From contig MU006093.1 of the NCBI GenBank assembly GCA_010093705.1, positions 1,385,301 to 1,449,300 of the forward strand: 64,000 nt of DNA, in the 5' to 3' direction. The notes beneath the pieces were generated by a model, which saw only the letters and a program-made list of their open reading frames with translations, made no database searches and had not been told where the DNA came from. Below, in pieces: positions 1 to 11,035 of the stretch. The stretch's first letter is position 1. Every line of letters starts with the position of its first letter. Position numbers and translations under genes: made by a program. This DNA comes from Patellaria atrata CBS 101060 (taxonomy: Eukaryota).

Positions 1-1418
1 TACTTTTACTGGTATATGAGGTCCGTAAGGACGTACACCTGGTTCCGGGGGTACCCAAGACTCTGGCCTGTCAAGGAGTGATTTTTGATCTTTAGGTATA
101 ATGGTGATTGAGCGAGTTATCAAAGGGGGCCATTTATCTTGAAGATCTTCTGTTGGGACATTAGGGCTACTCCCTGTACCTTCGCCGGTCTGTTCGAATT
201 CTGGTTCTGCGCCACTCTGACCCTGAACTAGAGGCTCTGCAACAGCGACGTCCATGCCCATTTGGGTATCTTCGTTATAGCGCTCCATGGGTTTGATGCT
301 CTCAGAGTCATTGGCGGGAGACTTTGGCTCTTCTGGCTCCTTACTAAGAACATCAGTCATTTGCAAGTCGTTTGACAATTGTGGTTCTTTCTCTGAATCC
401 TGTTTATCTTTGGCGCGTAGAATATCCAAAAGAGCTTCATGCCTCGTTCTGTCTGAAGGTCTGGCGGCATCTCCAAACCCAGACACGGAGTCGCGAGAGC
501 GACTGGCTCGTACTGGTGCAGCAACGTTGATCCCTTGGATTAACTCGACTCGTGAAGCGATAACTCCCCGCTTCGGACGTGGGAATTGAGTCGAAAATGA
601 TATTTGACTTTCTACCAGATTCTCATCGATGCTTTGCTCCGGAGAGAACGAGGTTGGTCGCGGGGGGATGGAGGATACCGCACGTGATGAATGCCGGTTC
701 CTGAAATCGTTTATGAACTCGGCCTCCTCTTGGATTTCTAACGGTACTGGGCGAGATGACTCCATCTGTTGGAACTCCTCAATCAACTGTGATGCGCGTT
801 CTCGCTCCAAAATGTGACATGGTGTCTCCTCTGGACCTGAACTGAGCACACCTTGCCATTGGAACCTAGTTATAAGAAGAGACAGATGTGGTGGCCCGAG
901 TGGTGTAACCACAATATCGAACGTTTCCAGATCCAATAGACCTCCTTTACCCTCCGTCAACCGTTTCCCTTTCTCAGATTCATATTTTTGAACAGCGGAA
1001 GAAGAAATTGTCGCTTGAACGGTTGTAAATCCATCGGATATCTCGGCTTTGATTGGATTTCTGAAGGTTAAAAACTTTGTTGAGGTGGTTAGCACCGGTT
1101 CCCGGTCAGGTTCACAGATAGAAGTGCAAATCATCTGGGACATACCTTCTGGACACGTACGATCCGCATCTCACCGACATGATATTTGATCTTAATGCGA
1201 AGATTACTCCCATCTTCTTCAAATAGACCGCTCAGTTTCGCAACAGAGAACTTTTTGCGCGCCGGTGTAGGAACAGCAGTGCTGAACGCTTCGTCGTCCG
1301 AATGCGGCTCGGTTTTGATGATAGTCTCTTCCTTAGCTTTGAACTTTTTCCATCCTAAAGCTAGCTTGACTTCTTCTTCTACGAAGTTCCCAAGCCAATC
1401 CTTCATAAGTGCGGCCAT
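1..1418 (-). CDS. Shelterin TPP1/Est3-like telomere protein (N-terminal OB fold, low-complexity C-terminal part); runs off the left edge of the window
   Basis: Exon 1 1418-1146 (MAALMKDWLGNFVEEEV...). Intron 1145-1075 (GTATGT...GCTAAC...AAG). Exon 2 from 1074 reads FLTFRNPIKAEISDGFTTVQATISSSAVQKYESEKGKRLTEGKGGLLDLETFDIV, resembling the fungal TPP1/Est3 OB-fold pattern (W near the N-terminus, 'SDG', 'GKRLTEG..GG'). The ORF track lists no closed minus-strand ORF here, consistent with a frame running off the edge. Confidence 0.7.
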
Positions 1419-1597
1419 TTCAGCGGGTTAGGTGTGTCTCGCGGGGCGAGTTGTAGGTGTTGACATGACTTGGGTTTCTGACTGTTCATTCGGGAGTAAG
1501 GTAGTGCCAAAGTTTAAAGTTCGCAAATTTGAAAAAAAAAAAAAGAGGTCCCGATGTGTGAAAGTAGTTGTAAACTATCTTAGAACTATATCAGTAC

Positions 1598-1608
1598 ACG
1601 CGACGCGT
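1598..1608. promoter_or_regulatory. Tandem MCB-like elements (ACGCGA + ACGCGT) in the divergent TPP1/FAB1 promoter
   Basis: ACGCGACGCGT lies about 180 bp upstream of the telomere gene ATG, near a poly(A) tract at 1532-1544. MCB boxes are typical of G1/S-regulated DNA-maintenance genes. Confidence 0.4.
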
Positions 1609-2046
1609 CGTTTGACTGCGGGACAGCGGGAGGAAGTGGAGAGGGGAAGCCGCGGAGGAGAACGACAGAAGCAAATAGAGCAAACAAAATCGTCATCCCG
1701 AGACATCACCTTCACGAGACATGTGCAGACACCACACCGCCCCTAAAGCAATGGCGAATGATTTTCCTGAGTGACTATATCTCTAACTACTAACAGCGGA
1801 GAAGTCTATTTATCCTTCCATGCCTTCTACTACAAATTTAGGGCTCCACAGCCTAGTATCCTGCGCATACGGCGCATTTCTTGCTCGTCGCCTTTGATAT
1901 CTACACCTCACTCACTAGTCATTCCCTCCCCTTCCCTCAATCCACGAAATAAACTGTTTCTACACCAGTAGTATTCTCTACCTCAGTTCGCAGCTGTCAG
2001 TGTAGGAGTTACTACCACGCATGCGCCCTTGGACGTAGGCGACCGG

Positions 2047-5000
2047 ATGGCGTACGAAAGCCCTGTAGAGACGAACAGCCCTTCGGCGTCTCTAATACGA
2101 CTTCCTCTTACCCTGAATTCCCGCCGAGGGTCTATCGTTTCGCTCTCGTCTCGAACTCCCGTCGATAAAGAGCACCTCTCTATTACTCTTGATCGCATAC
2201 ATACAAGTGCCTCCCGCTCTGATACGTTGACCACCTTTGACGAATTCGCTTCACCGCCCCCTTCATCATACAGTACCGAAGGAAAAGGTTTAACCGGTGA
2301 ACTCGTTCAAGGTGGTCTTTCAGGTCTATACAGTCGGATCAGGGCCTCTGTGAGTGCCAATAAAGAAAGTGGCCGATCTTCCACTTCATCAAGCCGCGGA
2401 GATCTTACTGAGGGCTCGAAGGCGCGTGACCCTTTGACCAAACCCACCAGAAAAGATACGAAGAGTTCGAGTGATACTATAATATCGTCACCAGTACTCG
2501 TCTCGGCACCCTCTTCCCAACTTCAATCACCCCTCGCGAGTCAGTTTTCCGATGTCCAGATCTCCGGCAGTCAACGTCAAGATGGTTCAAGAGATTCTAT
2601 TGCGAGCCCTGTTTCGCTTGCCAGTTCTAAGACAAAGCTGTATGATTCTGAAGTACCTAGTATCCCTGGTCCCAGCCGCTCACACAGTTCTGGTGGCGCA
2701 AACGTTAATTCCCGCCGAAGCTCACTGAGCGAATCTAGAACAAAAGCACCAAAACTAAAAAACGGAATCTCATCACGGCAAAGCCAAGTTGGCCGGGATA
2801 GTCTCACGGGAGCTGACAGCGTTAACTATACGGGAAATACTGGCTTTGCTGGAATTGGCACGACCGCATCAGAAGACGAGATTGATTCGACCGATGAAGA
2901 TATTGTTGTCGTTGTAGACAGGGGTTTGGAGAGGATAGAGGATTTGAGCACCGTAAATTCCCGGGTGAGGAGCTCTGAAGAGTCGAGATTGGCGGGAAAA
3001 GACACCGCGAACTCTTTTGTAAAGGGATCTCAGACAATCCTTACTTCCAATGGAGGTCAGGATGACCTGACCCGGGTAGTTTCAAGGGAAACTGTAAACC
3101 CACAACGGCCACCATTGATACAAGTGAGCCAATCTCATTTACCTGGATTCAAGGCTTCTCGTGCCTCCTCGTCGGATGGTCTTAGCTCCGTTACAACTTT
3201 TACGGCCTCCCGAAATCCTCAAGTAGGGATAATCGAGGAGAAATCTCGACCCCAGAACTTGAATAAGGGCACAGATGTATTGCCAAACAGTGTTTTCTCC
3301 CAGGTACAAAGACGCGTATTAGCGAAGGAGTTCTGGATGAAAGACGAGAATGCGAAGGATTGCTTCAATTGTGGTGATGCGTTTTCCACCTTTCGCAGGA
3401 AACATCACTGTAGGACTTGTGGCCAAATTTTCGATGCGAAGTGCACCTCTCTCGTGTCTGGAAATCTATTTGGACAATCGTCTAGTCTTCGAGTGTGCAA
3501 ACCGTGTGAAGCTCTCATATATGGTCCTGATGACGATTCGTCTGTCTATTCCGACGATACAGAGCATCAGTTCCAAGAAAAAGATACAATAGTAGGAACA
3601 TCGGGACACTCCAGCGCCGATAACCCATCCGCTGATCGAGATCATACGAAGATTGGAACTCCAATAATGGGTATTGCTGTTTCACGTAGGAATGTAGAAG
3701 CGAAACGACGATCCGCAGTATTAGAATTTGAAGGGCAACAGGGACTTGCGAGACCAAGTTCATCGAAATCTTTACGGTCTCTCAGCGGTCGGCCTCTTTC
3801 GGCCGGACATAGACGGTATCACTCTCGTCACCAGCATATGCGGTCTCTAAGGTTGGGTCATGAGGATCGAGCTCCCTTTCACCGGCACGAAGCCGAAGAT
3901 AATCACACGCGTTCGCTCCTTCCCGCCTTTCATCATGACATCATCATCGACCCTGACCTGGCACCTTTTCTATCGGATGACAGTTCAAGTGAAGACGAAC
4001 AAGTTAGCATTTTCGCCGCATTGAATAGCGAAAGTCCCGCATCAGCAAGCGCGAACCATGACAAAGGGCCCTTTTCTAGCCTCTTCTCCTCTTCCCGAAA
4101 AGGTCGATCACGACTTGGCGACAGAGGGTCTGGAGCTCATAGCACGTCCCATCGCGACTTTGACAACGCAAGTATCTCAAGCAAAACACAACGCACTCAT
4201 CGTAGACACAATCTGAGCGTGAGCTCCATAACCCATCCTCGCCCGTCTCCACGGCGAAGCAAGAGCAATAGCCTGCTCAAATCGATTGGAGCAGCCTTAG
4301 GGAGCACTCCACAAGATACAAACCTCGGTCCCTCAAACGATCCATATCTAAAGCCGGGGGATGCGACAATGATGACACGAAGCGCTGCAATGCAGGGCGA
4401 AGCTGCACCTGCTGTTGAATTAAACGATGCAAGCTTAAAGCACGTAAGGAAGCTTTTGAGGCAACTTCTCCAGGATTCCCGAATCTCCCATATCAACAGC
4501 TGGGAGAAAGCGCTTATGCCCATTTTACTACAATGCACAGATGACGTCAATCCAGATACTCATCATCGCAAAGATGATATCGACATTCGCCATTACATCA
4601 AATTGAAAAAGGTCCCAGGAGGCAAACCCGGAGACACTTCCTATGTATCCGGCGTTGTTTTCTCCAAAAATGTTGCCCTGAAAAGCATGGCTCGGACCAT
4701 ATCAAACCCTCGCACCGTCATAGTCACTTTCGCGCTCGAGTATGCAAGGCATCAACAGCACTTTATGAGCCTGGAGCCTGTAATTGCCCAGGAACGAGAG
4801 TATCTGAAAAATCTTGTAAATCGCATAGTCGCATTGAACCCACAGGTTCTGCTAGTAGAGAAGCACGTCGCAAGAATAGCCCTTGAATACCTCGAAGCGG
4901 CTGGCATTGCAGTGGCTTGTAATGTTAAACGCTCAGTTCTGAGTGCAGTGGCACGCTGTACTCAAACGAGAATGATATCTTCAGTAGATAAGCTGACGCT

Positions 5001-8000
5001 GGATTCTCATCATTTAGGTACCTGCTCGAGCTTTGATGTCAAGACGTACGTTCATAAGGGGATGAAGAAGACGTACTTATACTTTTCCGGTTGTCAGAAA
5101 GATCTTGGTTGTACCATAGTTCTCCGAGGTGCCGAGTTACCTGCATTGAGAAGACTGAAGCTTATTACTGAATTTATGTGCTATGTTGTCTATAGTCTCA
5201 AGTTGGAGACTTCCCTTATGCGAGACGAGTCGGTTCTTCTCCCGTCGTCCAGTGAGGGTGGAACTGTCTCACCTGGCAAATCAACTGCACGTCAAATAGC
5301 GGATTCAGCGCACAATGACCCAGCTGCAGTTGCTGATGGTATTGTACAAGCAAGTATAAAGCTTCAAGAGCAAATTCAAGAGTCATCCGAAAACCCCAAA
5401 CCGTATTCTGCCGTTACGAATACGGAAGTTCTTGGAGCAACCGCAGGATCCGGCGGGGATTCCCTTTCGCAAAGTCTCGGCTGCTGCAAAGCCTCAGACA
5501 CAGAAGTCCCTAATGATGATCTTCCAATCTCGTCTGATTATGGGGATATGGTAGATCAGTTCAGGACAAGAGTTCTGTCTGGATCACCTTTCGTCAAGTT
5601 CATGCAACCTTACCTTTTGATGACCGTCCGTGAGCAAGAACGACGCATTGCATACTTGAAACGACTTCGAGATCAATATAGCCGAGGGGATGATACTGAT
5701 GATACTGAAAAAGATCTTCAGAATTTCCAGCTTGTGAAACCTGACATGGTCCATACAGTCGTGGAGACACTTTCAAGACCGGTGAGGGATTTTCTTCATG
5801 CCGTACATAATGCTGAATATGATAAAGCGATGCATAACTATCTTACGCAGAAAAGGCAATGGGAGGCTTATTTAGCAAGTAATCCCAACCTCTTCGACCC
5901 TCTTAATCATCAAAGGATAGCTTTCTTATTCAGCGTCGTTAATTCATTGACATCAGCACCATGCATTGGGCCAGAAATAATGGCGCTTGAGTATTATAAT
6001 GGGCACGAGTTCAATGATGGCTTTGTCACAGATTGCAGTCTTGGTCAATTCGTACAAGAACTCTGCATGAATGTGGACACTCGTTGCCCTGGTGACCGTT
6101 GCCATAAGACTGTGTTAGATCATCATAGGCAATATGTGCACGGTGGGGGCAAGATGAGCATCATAGCTCAGAGAGAACCATCCAAACTCCGAGGCATGCA
6201 AAATACGATACTGATGTGGAGCTGCTGCAGAATCTGTGGGCAAGAGACACAGGTTATGCCAATGTCGGATAATACCTGGAAGTACTCCTTCGGGAAATAT
6301 TTGGAGTTGACATTTTGGAGCATGAACCTACCTCCAAGGACGGGAGTCTGCGCTCATGACGTCCATAAGAACCATGTTCGATATTTCGGCTACAACGATG
6401 TTGCGCTAAGGATACAATATGATCCTATCCAACTTCGCGATGTGGTTGTTCCTAAACCCGTAGTCACTTGGAAGGTTGAGGCAGACTTAAAACTCAAGAA
6501 TGAACAATTCCTGAAGTTGGAAGAGCGACTCGACAAGTTCATGGCCTCTGTCAGAGCTCGAATCAAAAGCATCCGAGTTGAAAGCGTGGAACCTGAGAAG
6601 GTTGAAGCTTGCCGAGCAGAAGTTGAGAGATTGATGAAACGGGCAAATAATGAACATGAGGTATTGAAGAACAAGCTCAAGGAGAAGTACTTGAAGTCTA
6701 GGTATTATGAGATTATTCCCCTAAACAGGGCCGGAAGGTTCATGCACGAAAAAGCCCTAGTATGGGACGATATGTTCTTGGAGTTCGAACGCATGTTTTT
6801 CCCGTCCGAGAAGGATATTGGAAGATTGGCGGCATTACAGCTTCGGAAGATCTTCCTTGATAGAGATGAGTCTGTCACATCTTTAAACTCACTGGATGAG
6901 CCCAAAGAAACTACGCCGAGCGTTGAAGAGGGATCTCCCGATACGAAACCTAAAGACGAACCGTCCCAAGTGATTCCATCCAGCCCTAGTTTGAGTGCTA
7001 ATGCTGCATCAGACATTATGAATTCAGTTGTAGAAAAAGATCGAGGCGCCATGGAGCAGTCTTTGGATGGAGAGGGTACACCTCGCCTACCTGAAATTAA
7101 AGTCGACACACCGTCAAATGCTGGTCAAGATCAGGCAACTCCGATTGTTGAGACGCCTGTTCAACCTGTTGAATTAGAGGAGGTCAAACACCTCGATTTG
7201 GTAGTCTCTTCCAAACTCGCAGAAAAGAAACCGATTATAACGAGACAGGTGACGGCCAATACTTCCATTGGAGATATACCTATCTCGGGACCTTCTCATG
7301 TTTCGCATGAGGGCGTCACCTCACTTGAGAGCACTGCTTCTGGCGGTGGGAATCAGCAAGTTTTGCCTTCGTCTAGTCATAATGAAACTATTCAGGAATC
7401 AAGGATTCCCCGTCCCGTTGATGGGTTCCGTCGAGATCTTCCACAGCGCCCTCCACTGTTTCCTCGAGCTCAGAGTCAACCACACAACGTACTTCGTAGA
7501 GAACAAAGTAATAACAGCACAACTCCGGTTAGCTCAACTGGATACGGCAATAACTTGAGTACGACGGAACACCCCAAACACAACCTTGGGGATCCTGCCA
7601 GAGCTCTCGAAAAGAGGATGGCTGATAGACTTGGTCTGGGTAACTTCAAGCCAGGAAAATTCACTCAATCCTTTATCCCGCGGTCTATTCCTACGAAGCG
7701 TAATGATACCAAAGTATCCAGCTTAACGAAGTATTTCGACCAACTGGGCCGTGAGTTTGAGAAGGAACGCTTGCGTGAACGTCGTTTGAGAGCTGCAAAA
7801 AGTCGCCAAGCCAGAGCCCTTCCTCTAGCCTCTGCAAAACCCACCGTTGAAATTTACCGTGACCCACATCAAGCTGCTCTAGAACAGGATGATATGGATG
7901 AGGACACCAGTTCTCCTAACCGTCAAAGCTTGGAGACTAGTACGTTGGAAGAAAGCACGACAACAGGCACTACGGACCGGACCACAGAGCTTCAATCCCC

Positions 8001-9588
8001 TGCCGAGCCTCATCACGATGATGAAGCCACAGATAGAGCTACAGATAACGAGGACCATACTCTACCCAGTCACCAAGGCTCAGATGTCGAGGGCGAAGCT
8101 AGTGATGTTGATCATAGTGTTATTGAAGATCTGGAACTTCCGGAAGGACTCGAAGGACAGCAAATACACCTCCCAACGCAGTCACAGCTGGAACTCAATC
8201 TGGAGCTACCAAAACATCAGAAGTCTTCAATCATGAAGATGTTAACAAGCTTCTGGTCCGAACGTTCTGCCAGTGGATGGGCACCACTCGAATATCCTTT
8301 CGCGAGTCAGGAACACTTCTTCGACGACTCTGATATCGTGATTCGCGAAGACGAACCAAGCTCTGTGATCGCTCTTGCGCTGTCTTGTACGGATTATATG
8401 CACAAGATCCATAACTGGCGGGAAGAGGCGAAGGCTCGCGCCCGTGAATTGTCTCTTAATGGCCAACTCGAGGACGAGGAGGAAGCATCCATCGAACATA
8501 ACTTTATGGGAGTCAACACAAACATTAAATACGGGTTTCCGCACCGCCGTGTGAAAGTTGCAATCAAAATCTACTATGCTCAGTCTTTCGATGCCCTTCG
8601 ACGGAAATGTGGCGTGGCCGATCGGTTTGTGGAGTCCATGTCACGATGTCTCCAGTGGGATTCCAAAGGTGGCAAAACGAAATCCGTTTTTCTGAAGACG
8701 CTCGATGACCGTTTCGTGCTCAAGTCGCTCTCACCCGTCGAATTTGAAGCATTCCTCAACTTCGCACAACACTACTTTGCTTTTACGCACCAAAATCTAT
8801 ACAAAGGCCTTCCGTCTGTCATAGCGAAAATGTTCGGCTTGTATCAAGTCAGTATCCGTAATTCAGCCACGGGCAACGAGTTCAACCACAATCTCCTCGT
8901 GATGGAAAACCTCTTCTACGACCGCGAGCCCAACATGCGTTTCGACCTCAAAGGCTCTATGCGGAACCGCAAGATCCAATCGACCGGCGAGCGCGACGAA
9001 GTGCTCCAAGACGAGAACCTCGTCGACATCATCTTCGAAGAGCCGATCTTCGTCCGCGAGCACACGAAAAAGCTCCTCAAGGCGTCCGTGTGGAACGACA
9101 CGCTCTTCCTCTCGAAACAGAACGTCATGGACTACTCCCTCATGGCGGGCTTCAACAACGAGCACTGCGAGATCGTGGTCGGCATCATCGATTGTATCAG
9201 GACTTACACGTGGGACAAGAAGCTCGAGACATGGATCAAGGACCGCGGCAAGAATAAACCGACCATCACGAGCCCGAAGGATTATAGAGCCAGGTTTAGG
9301 ATCGCGATGAACACTTATATCCTGCAGGCGCCGAATTGCTGGCATCAGTTTCAGGGCGAGTACATCCAGTCTAGGCCGGTGGTGTGGCAAGCTGATGGGA
9401 GGGGATTGGGCAAGGGGAAGATGATCGGTGGTGGTGTCCCAGCACCTCCTGCAATCCCTCCGCCCAATGGCGCTACTGCCTCCGGATCGAAGAGCAACGG
9501 GAAGGAGAGGGAGAGGGAGGAGCAGGAGCAGGAGCAGGAGCCCGGTAAGTTCGTCACGGCACCCGAGGGTATGGCGCCAGCGGTTTAG
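2047..9588 (+). CDS. FAB1: 1-phosphatidylinositol-3-phosphate 5-kinase (PIKfyve/Fab1)
   Basis: Single ~2500-aa ORF, first ATG at 2047. It has a FYVE domain (WMKDENAKDCFNC..FRRKHHCRTCGQIF), a CCT/Cpn60-like domain (KKVPGGKPGDTSYVSGVVFSKN), a Cys/His-rich region and a C-terminal PIPK domain (GGKTKSVFLKT, DLKGS, MDYSL, GIIDCIRTYTWDKKLE). Confidence 0.98.
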   Translation: MAYESPVETNSPSASLIRLPLTLNSRRGSIVSLSSRTPVDKEHLSITLDRIHTSASRSDTLTTFDEFASPPPSSYSTEGKGLTGELVQGGLSGLYSRIRASVSANKESGRSSTSSSRGDLTEGSKARDPLTKPTRKDTKSSSDTIISSPVLVSAPSSQLQSPLASQFSDVQISGSQRQDGSRDSIASPVSLASSKTKLYDSEVPSIPGPSRSHSSGGANVNSRRSSLSESRTKAPKLKNGISSRQSQVGRDSLTGADSVNYTGNTGFAGIGTTASEDEIDSTDEDIVVVVDRGLERIEDLSTVNSRVRSSEESRLAGKDTANSFVKGSQTILTSNGGQDDLTRVVSRETVNPQRPPLIQVSQSHLPGFKASRASSSDGLSSVTTFTASRNPQVGIIEEKSRPQNLNKGTDVLPNSVFSQVQRRVLAKEFWMKDENAKDCFNCGDAFSTFRRKHHCRTCGQIFDAKCTSLVSGNLFGQSSSLRVCKPCEALIYGPDDDSSVYSDDTEHQFQEKDTIVGTSGHSSADNPSADRDHTKIGTPIMGIAVSRRNVEAKRRSAVLEFEGQQGLARPSSSKSLRSLSGRPLSAGHRRYHSRHQHMRSLRLGHEDRAPFHRHEAEDNHTRSLLPAFHHDIIIDPDLAPFLSDDSSSEDEQVSIFAALNSESPASASANHDKGPFSSLFSSSRKGRSRLGDRGSGAHSTSHRDFDNASISSKTQRTHRRHNLSVSSITHPRPSPRRSKSNSLLKSIGAALGSTPQDTNLGPSNDPYLKPGDATMMTRSAAMQGEAAPAVELNDASLKHVRKLLRQLLQDSRISHINSWEKALMPILLQCTDDVNPDTHHRKDDIDIRHYIKLKKVPGGKPGDTSYVSGVVFSKNVALKSMARTISNPRTVIVTFALEYARHQQHFMSLEPVIAQEREYLKNLVNRIVALNPQVLLVEKHVARIALEYLEAAGIAVACNVKRSVLSAVARCTQTRMISSVDKLTLDSHHLGTCSSFDVKTYVHKGMKKTYLYFSGCQKDLGCTIVLRGAELPALRRLKLITEFMCYVVYSLKLETSLMRDESVLLPSSSEGGTVSPGKSTARQIADSAHNDPAAVADGIVQASIKLQEQIQESSENPKPYSAVTNTEVLGATAGSGGDSLSQSLGCCKASDTEVPNDDLPISSDYGDMVDQFRTRVLSGSPFVKFMQPYLLMTVREQERRIAYLKRLRDQYSRGDDTDDTEKDLQNFQLVKPDMVHTVVETLSRPVRDFLHAVHNAEYDKAMHNYLTQKRQWEAYLASNPNLFDPLNHQRIAFLFSVVNSLTSAPCIGPEIMALEYYNGHEFNDGFVTDCSLGQFVQELCMNVDTRCPGDRCHKTVLDHHRQYVHGGGKMSIIAQREPSKLRGMQNTILMWSCCRICGQETQVMPMSDNTWKYSFGKYLELTFWSMNLPPRTGVCAHDVHKNHVRYFGYNDVALRIQYDPIQLRDVVVPKPVVTWKVEADLKLKNEQFLKLEERLDKFMASVRARIKSIRVESVEPEKVEACRAEVERLMKRANNEHEVLKNKLKEKYLKSRYYEIIPLNRAGRFMHEKALVWDDMFLEFERMFFPSEKDIGRLAALQLRKIFLDRDESVTSLNSLDEPKETTPSVEEGSPDTKPKDEPSQVIPSSPSLSANAASDIMNSVVEKDRGAMEQSLDGEGTPRLPEIKVDTPSNAGQDQATPIVETPVQPVELEEVKHLDLVVSSKLAEKKPIITRQVTANTSIGDIPISGPSHVSHEGVTSLESTASGGGNQQVLPSSSHNETIQESRIPRPVDGFRRDLPQRPPLFPRAQSQPHNVLRREQSNNSTTPVSSTGYGNNLSTTEHPKHNLGDPARALEKRMADRLGLGNFKPGKFTQSFIPRSIPTKRNDTKVSSLTKYFDQLGREFEKERLRERRLRAAKSRQARALPLASAKPTVEIYRDPHQAALEQDDMDEDTSSPNRQSLETSTLEESTTTGTTDRTTELQSPAEPHHDDEATDRATDNEDHTLPSHQGSDVEGEASDVDHSVIEDLELPEGLEGQQIHLPTQSQLELNLELPKHQKSSIMKMLTSFWSERSASGWAPLEYPFASQEHFFDDSDIVIREDEPSSVIALALSCTDYMHKIHNWREEAKARARELSLNGQLEDEEEASIEHNFMGVNTNIKYGFPHRRVKVAIKIYYAQSFDALRRKCGVADRFVESMSRCLQWDSKGGKTKSVFLKTLDDRFVLKSLSPVEFEAFLNFAQHYFAFTHQNLYKGLPSVIAKMFGLYQVSIRNSATGNEFNHNLLVMENLFYDREPNMRFDLKGSMRNRKIQSTGERDEVLQDENLVDIIFEEPIFVREHTKKLLKASVWNDTLFLSKQNVMDYSLMAGFNNEHCEIVVGIIDCIRTYTWDKKLETWIKDRGKNKPTITSPKDYRARFRIAMNTYILQAPNCWHQFQGEYIQSRPVVWQADGRGLGKGKMIGGGVPAPPAIPPPNGATASGSKSNGKEREREEQEQEQEPGKFVTAPEGMAPAV
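9504..9540 (+). repeat. Purine-rich microsatellite (GAGAGG/GAGCAG)n encoding EREREEQEQEQE in the Fab1 tail
   Basis: Directly visible tandem hexamers. Confidence 0.7.
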
Positions 9589-11035
9589 AGTCGGCGGAAC
9601 CTGAAATTGAATGGATTGTGCTTCTGAGTGAGTTGAGTTAGACAGACGTGGTGTCTTTTGCATGAGCGATGGCGTTTTTGTAGCTCGATTTTTGTGGGTA
9701 TTGTACGGACTGGACATTCCCTTTCTATTTTGCTATATACCACTTTCCCTTTGATATTCGTATGTCGAACTTGCGCCTGCGGGTTGCATGTCTCGGGGTA
9801 TGGAGGATGAGCTGCTTTATGCGGCTGAATATCTAGGTAGCTAGACTAAACACTTGTAATACACATTCGTACTCCAAAAGCCAAGACAGCGCCTGTTAGA
9901 CTCCTGTAAATACCGCTTAACTCCCAAGTCCTGCTATCCCGTCAGCGATTTTACGCGGTATGCCATCAATCAGAACCGTAATATACCGCAGCTGCCTGGA
10001 CCCCCTACGACCTCCCCGGTTCAGCTGCGATAAAGTCTATCTTCTGCCTTGTACTGTACAGTAACCCCGTACGATGCTGACGGGGAAGACCGGACACTTT
10101 CGTCGATACCGTACGAACCTGTACTGTACTGTACACAGTGAGCCCTTGCAGTGCTCCACGTACAATACAGGACCTACACAGCGACTTTGGGAGGGGATGA
10201 ACACACGCACTGCCAACGCTAGTGGGGGTGTGAGGGGCAACCAGATGCGGCAGTCCGCATTTTTGCCCAAAGCGGGTCGCCGGGCTGGTCAGACATGCAG
10301 GATGGGAACGTGCTGGAGTACGTCTGGGTGGCACCACCTCACAGACTACGTGGGACTCGAGAGTTTCATTATAGGATAATACTGTTTATGATATTTTATA
10401 CAAGGTTTGATTTTTTGACATCTACAGTGGTATTGATTCACAGCAACAAAGTAACATAAAAACGCTATTCAGACATCCGTAACCCGAGTTCCCAACTGTG
10501 TCTTGCCCATTACCCGATGCACCGTCTGAGAAAACCTGAAATACCAAGCCTAGCCATCAAGATAGAAGTCGTGAAGAAAAATTAGAAGTACCCGGTAAAA
10601 GCCGTTGATACAGGAGAGTGAATGAAACAGGAATACAGAAAGCTAACTATGCGATCGGTGAGGAAGGCATTGGAGGGAAGGGGAGGGGGAGGGGTAAGGG
10701 GTGATGGAGGGTGGCCGCCACGCCTTCCAAGAGGTGACAATGAAGTCATGCTGTCTTGCTCTAATATCCAACGGAAAGAAAAGTTGATGAGAACCGAAAC
10801 CGAAATCAAAATCAAGCCCAAATGCCAAACTCCGTGTAATGCAACGACGACCATCATTCAAGATAGGTCAGGTCATGATGACGCTAGTGGGTGACCAACG
10901 TCCATTGAGGCAGAGGTTGTTGCGTCCTTTGAGTTTCTACCTTTGATAGGTAGACGTATGTAATGCTCCCCGTCCTCTATGACTTCAAGGTGGGTTATAC
11001 GAGCATGTTGTGTGTATATGGTGTAGGCTACCAGC

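Noticed and set aside
1751..2040. Upstream ATGs and a TACTAACAG ahead of FAB1 as extra coding exons
   Set aside because: The frames close within a few codons and no donor/acceptor pair joins them in frame to the main ORF; TSS unknown.
8863..9717. 284-aa antisense ORF over the FAB1 3' end
   Set aside because: Shadow ORF caused by high GC3 of the sense codons; no recognisable motifs.
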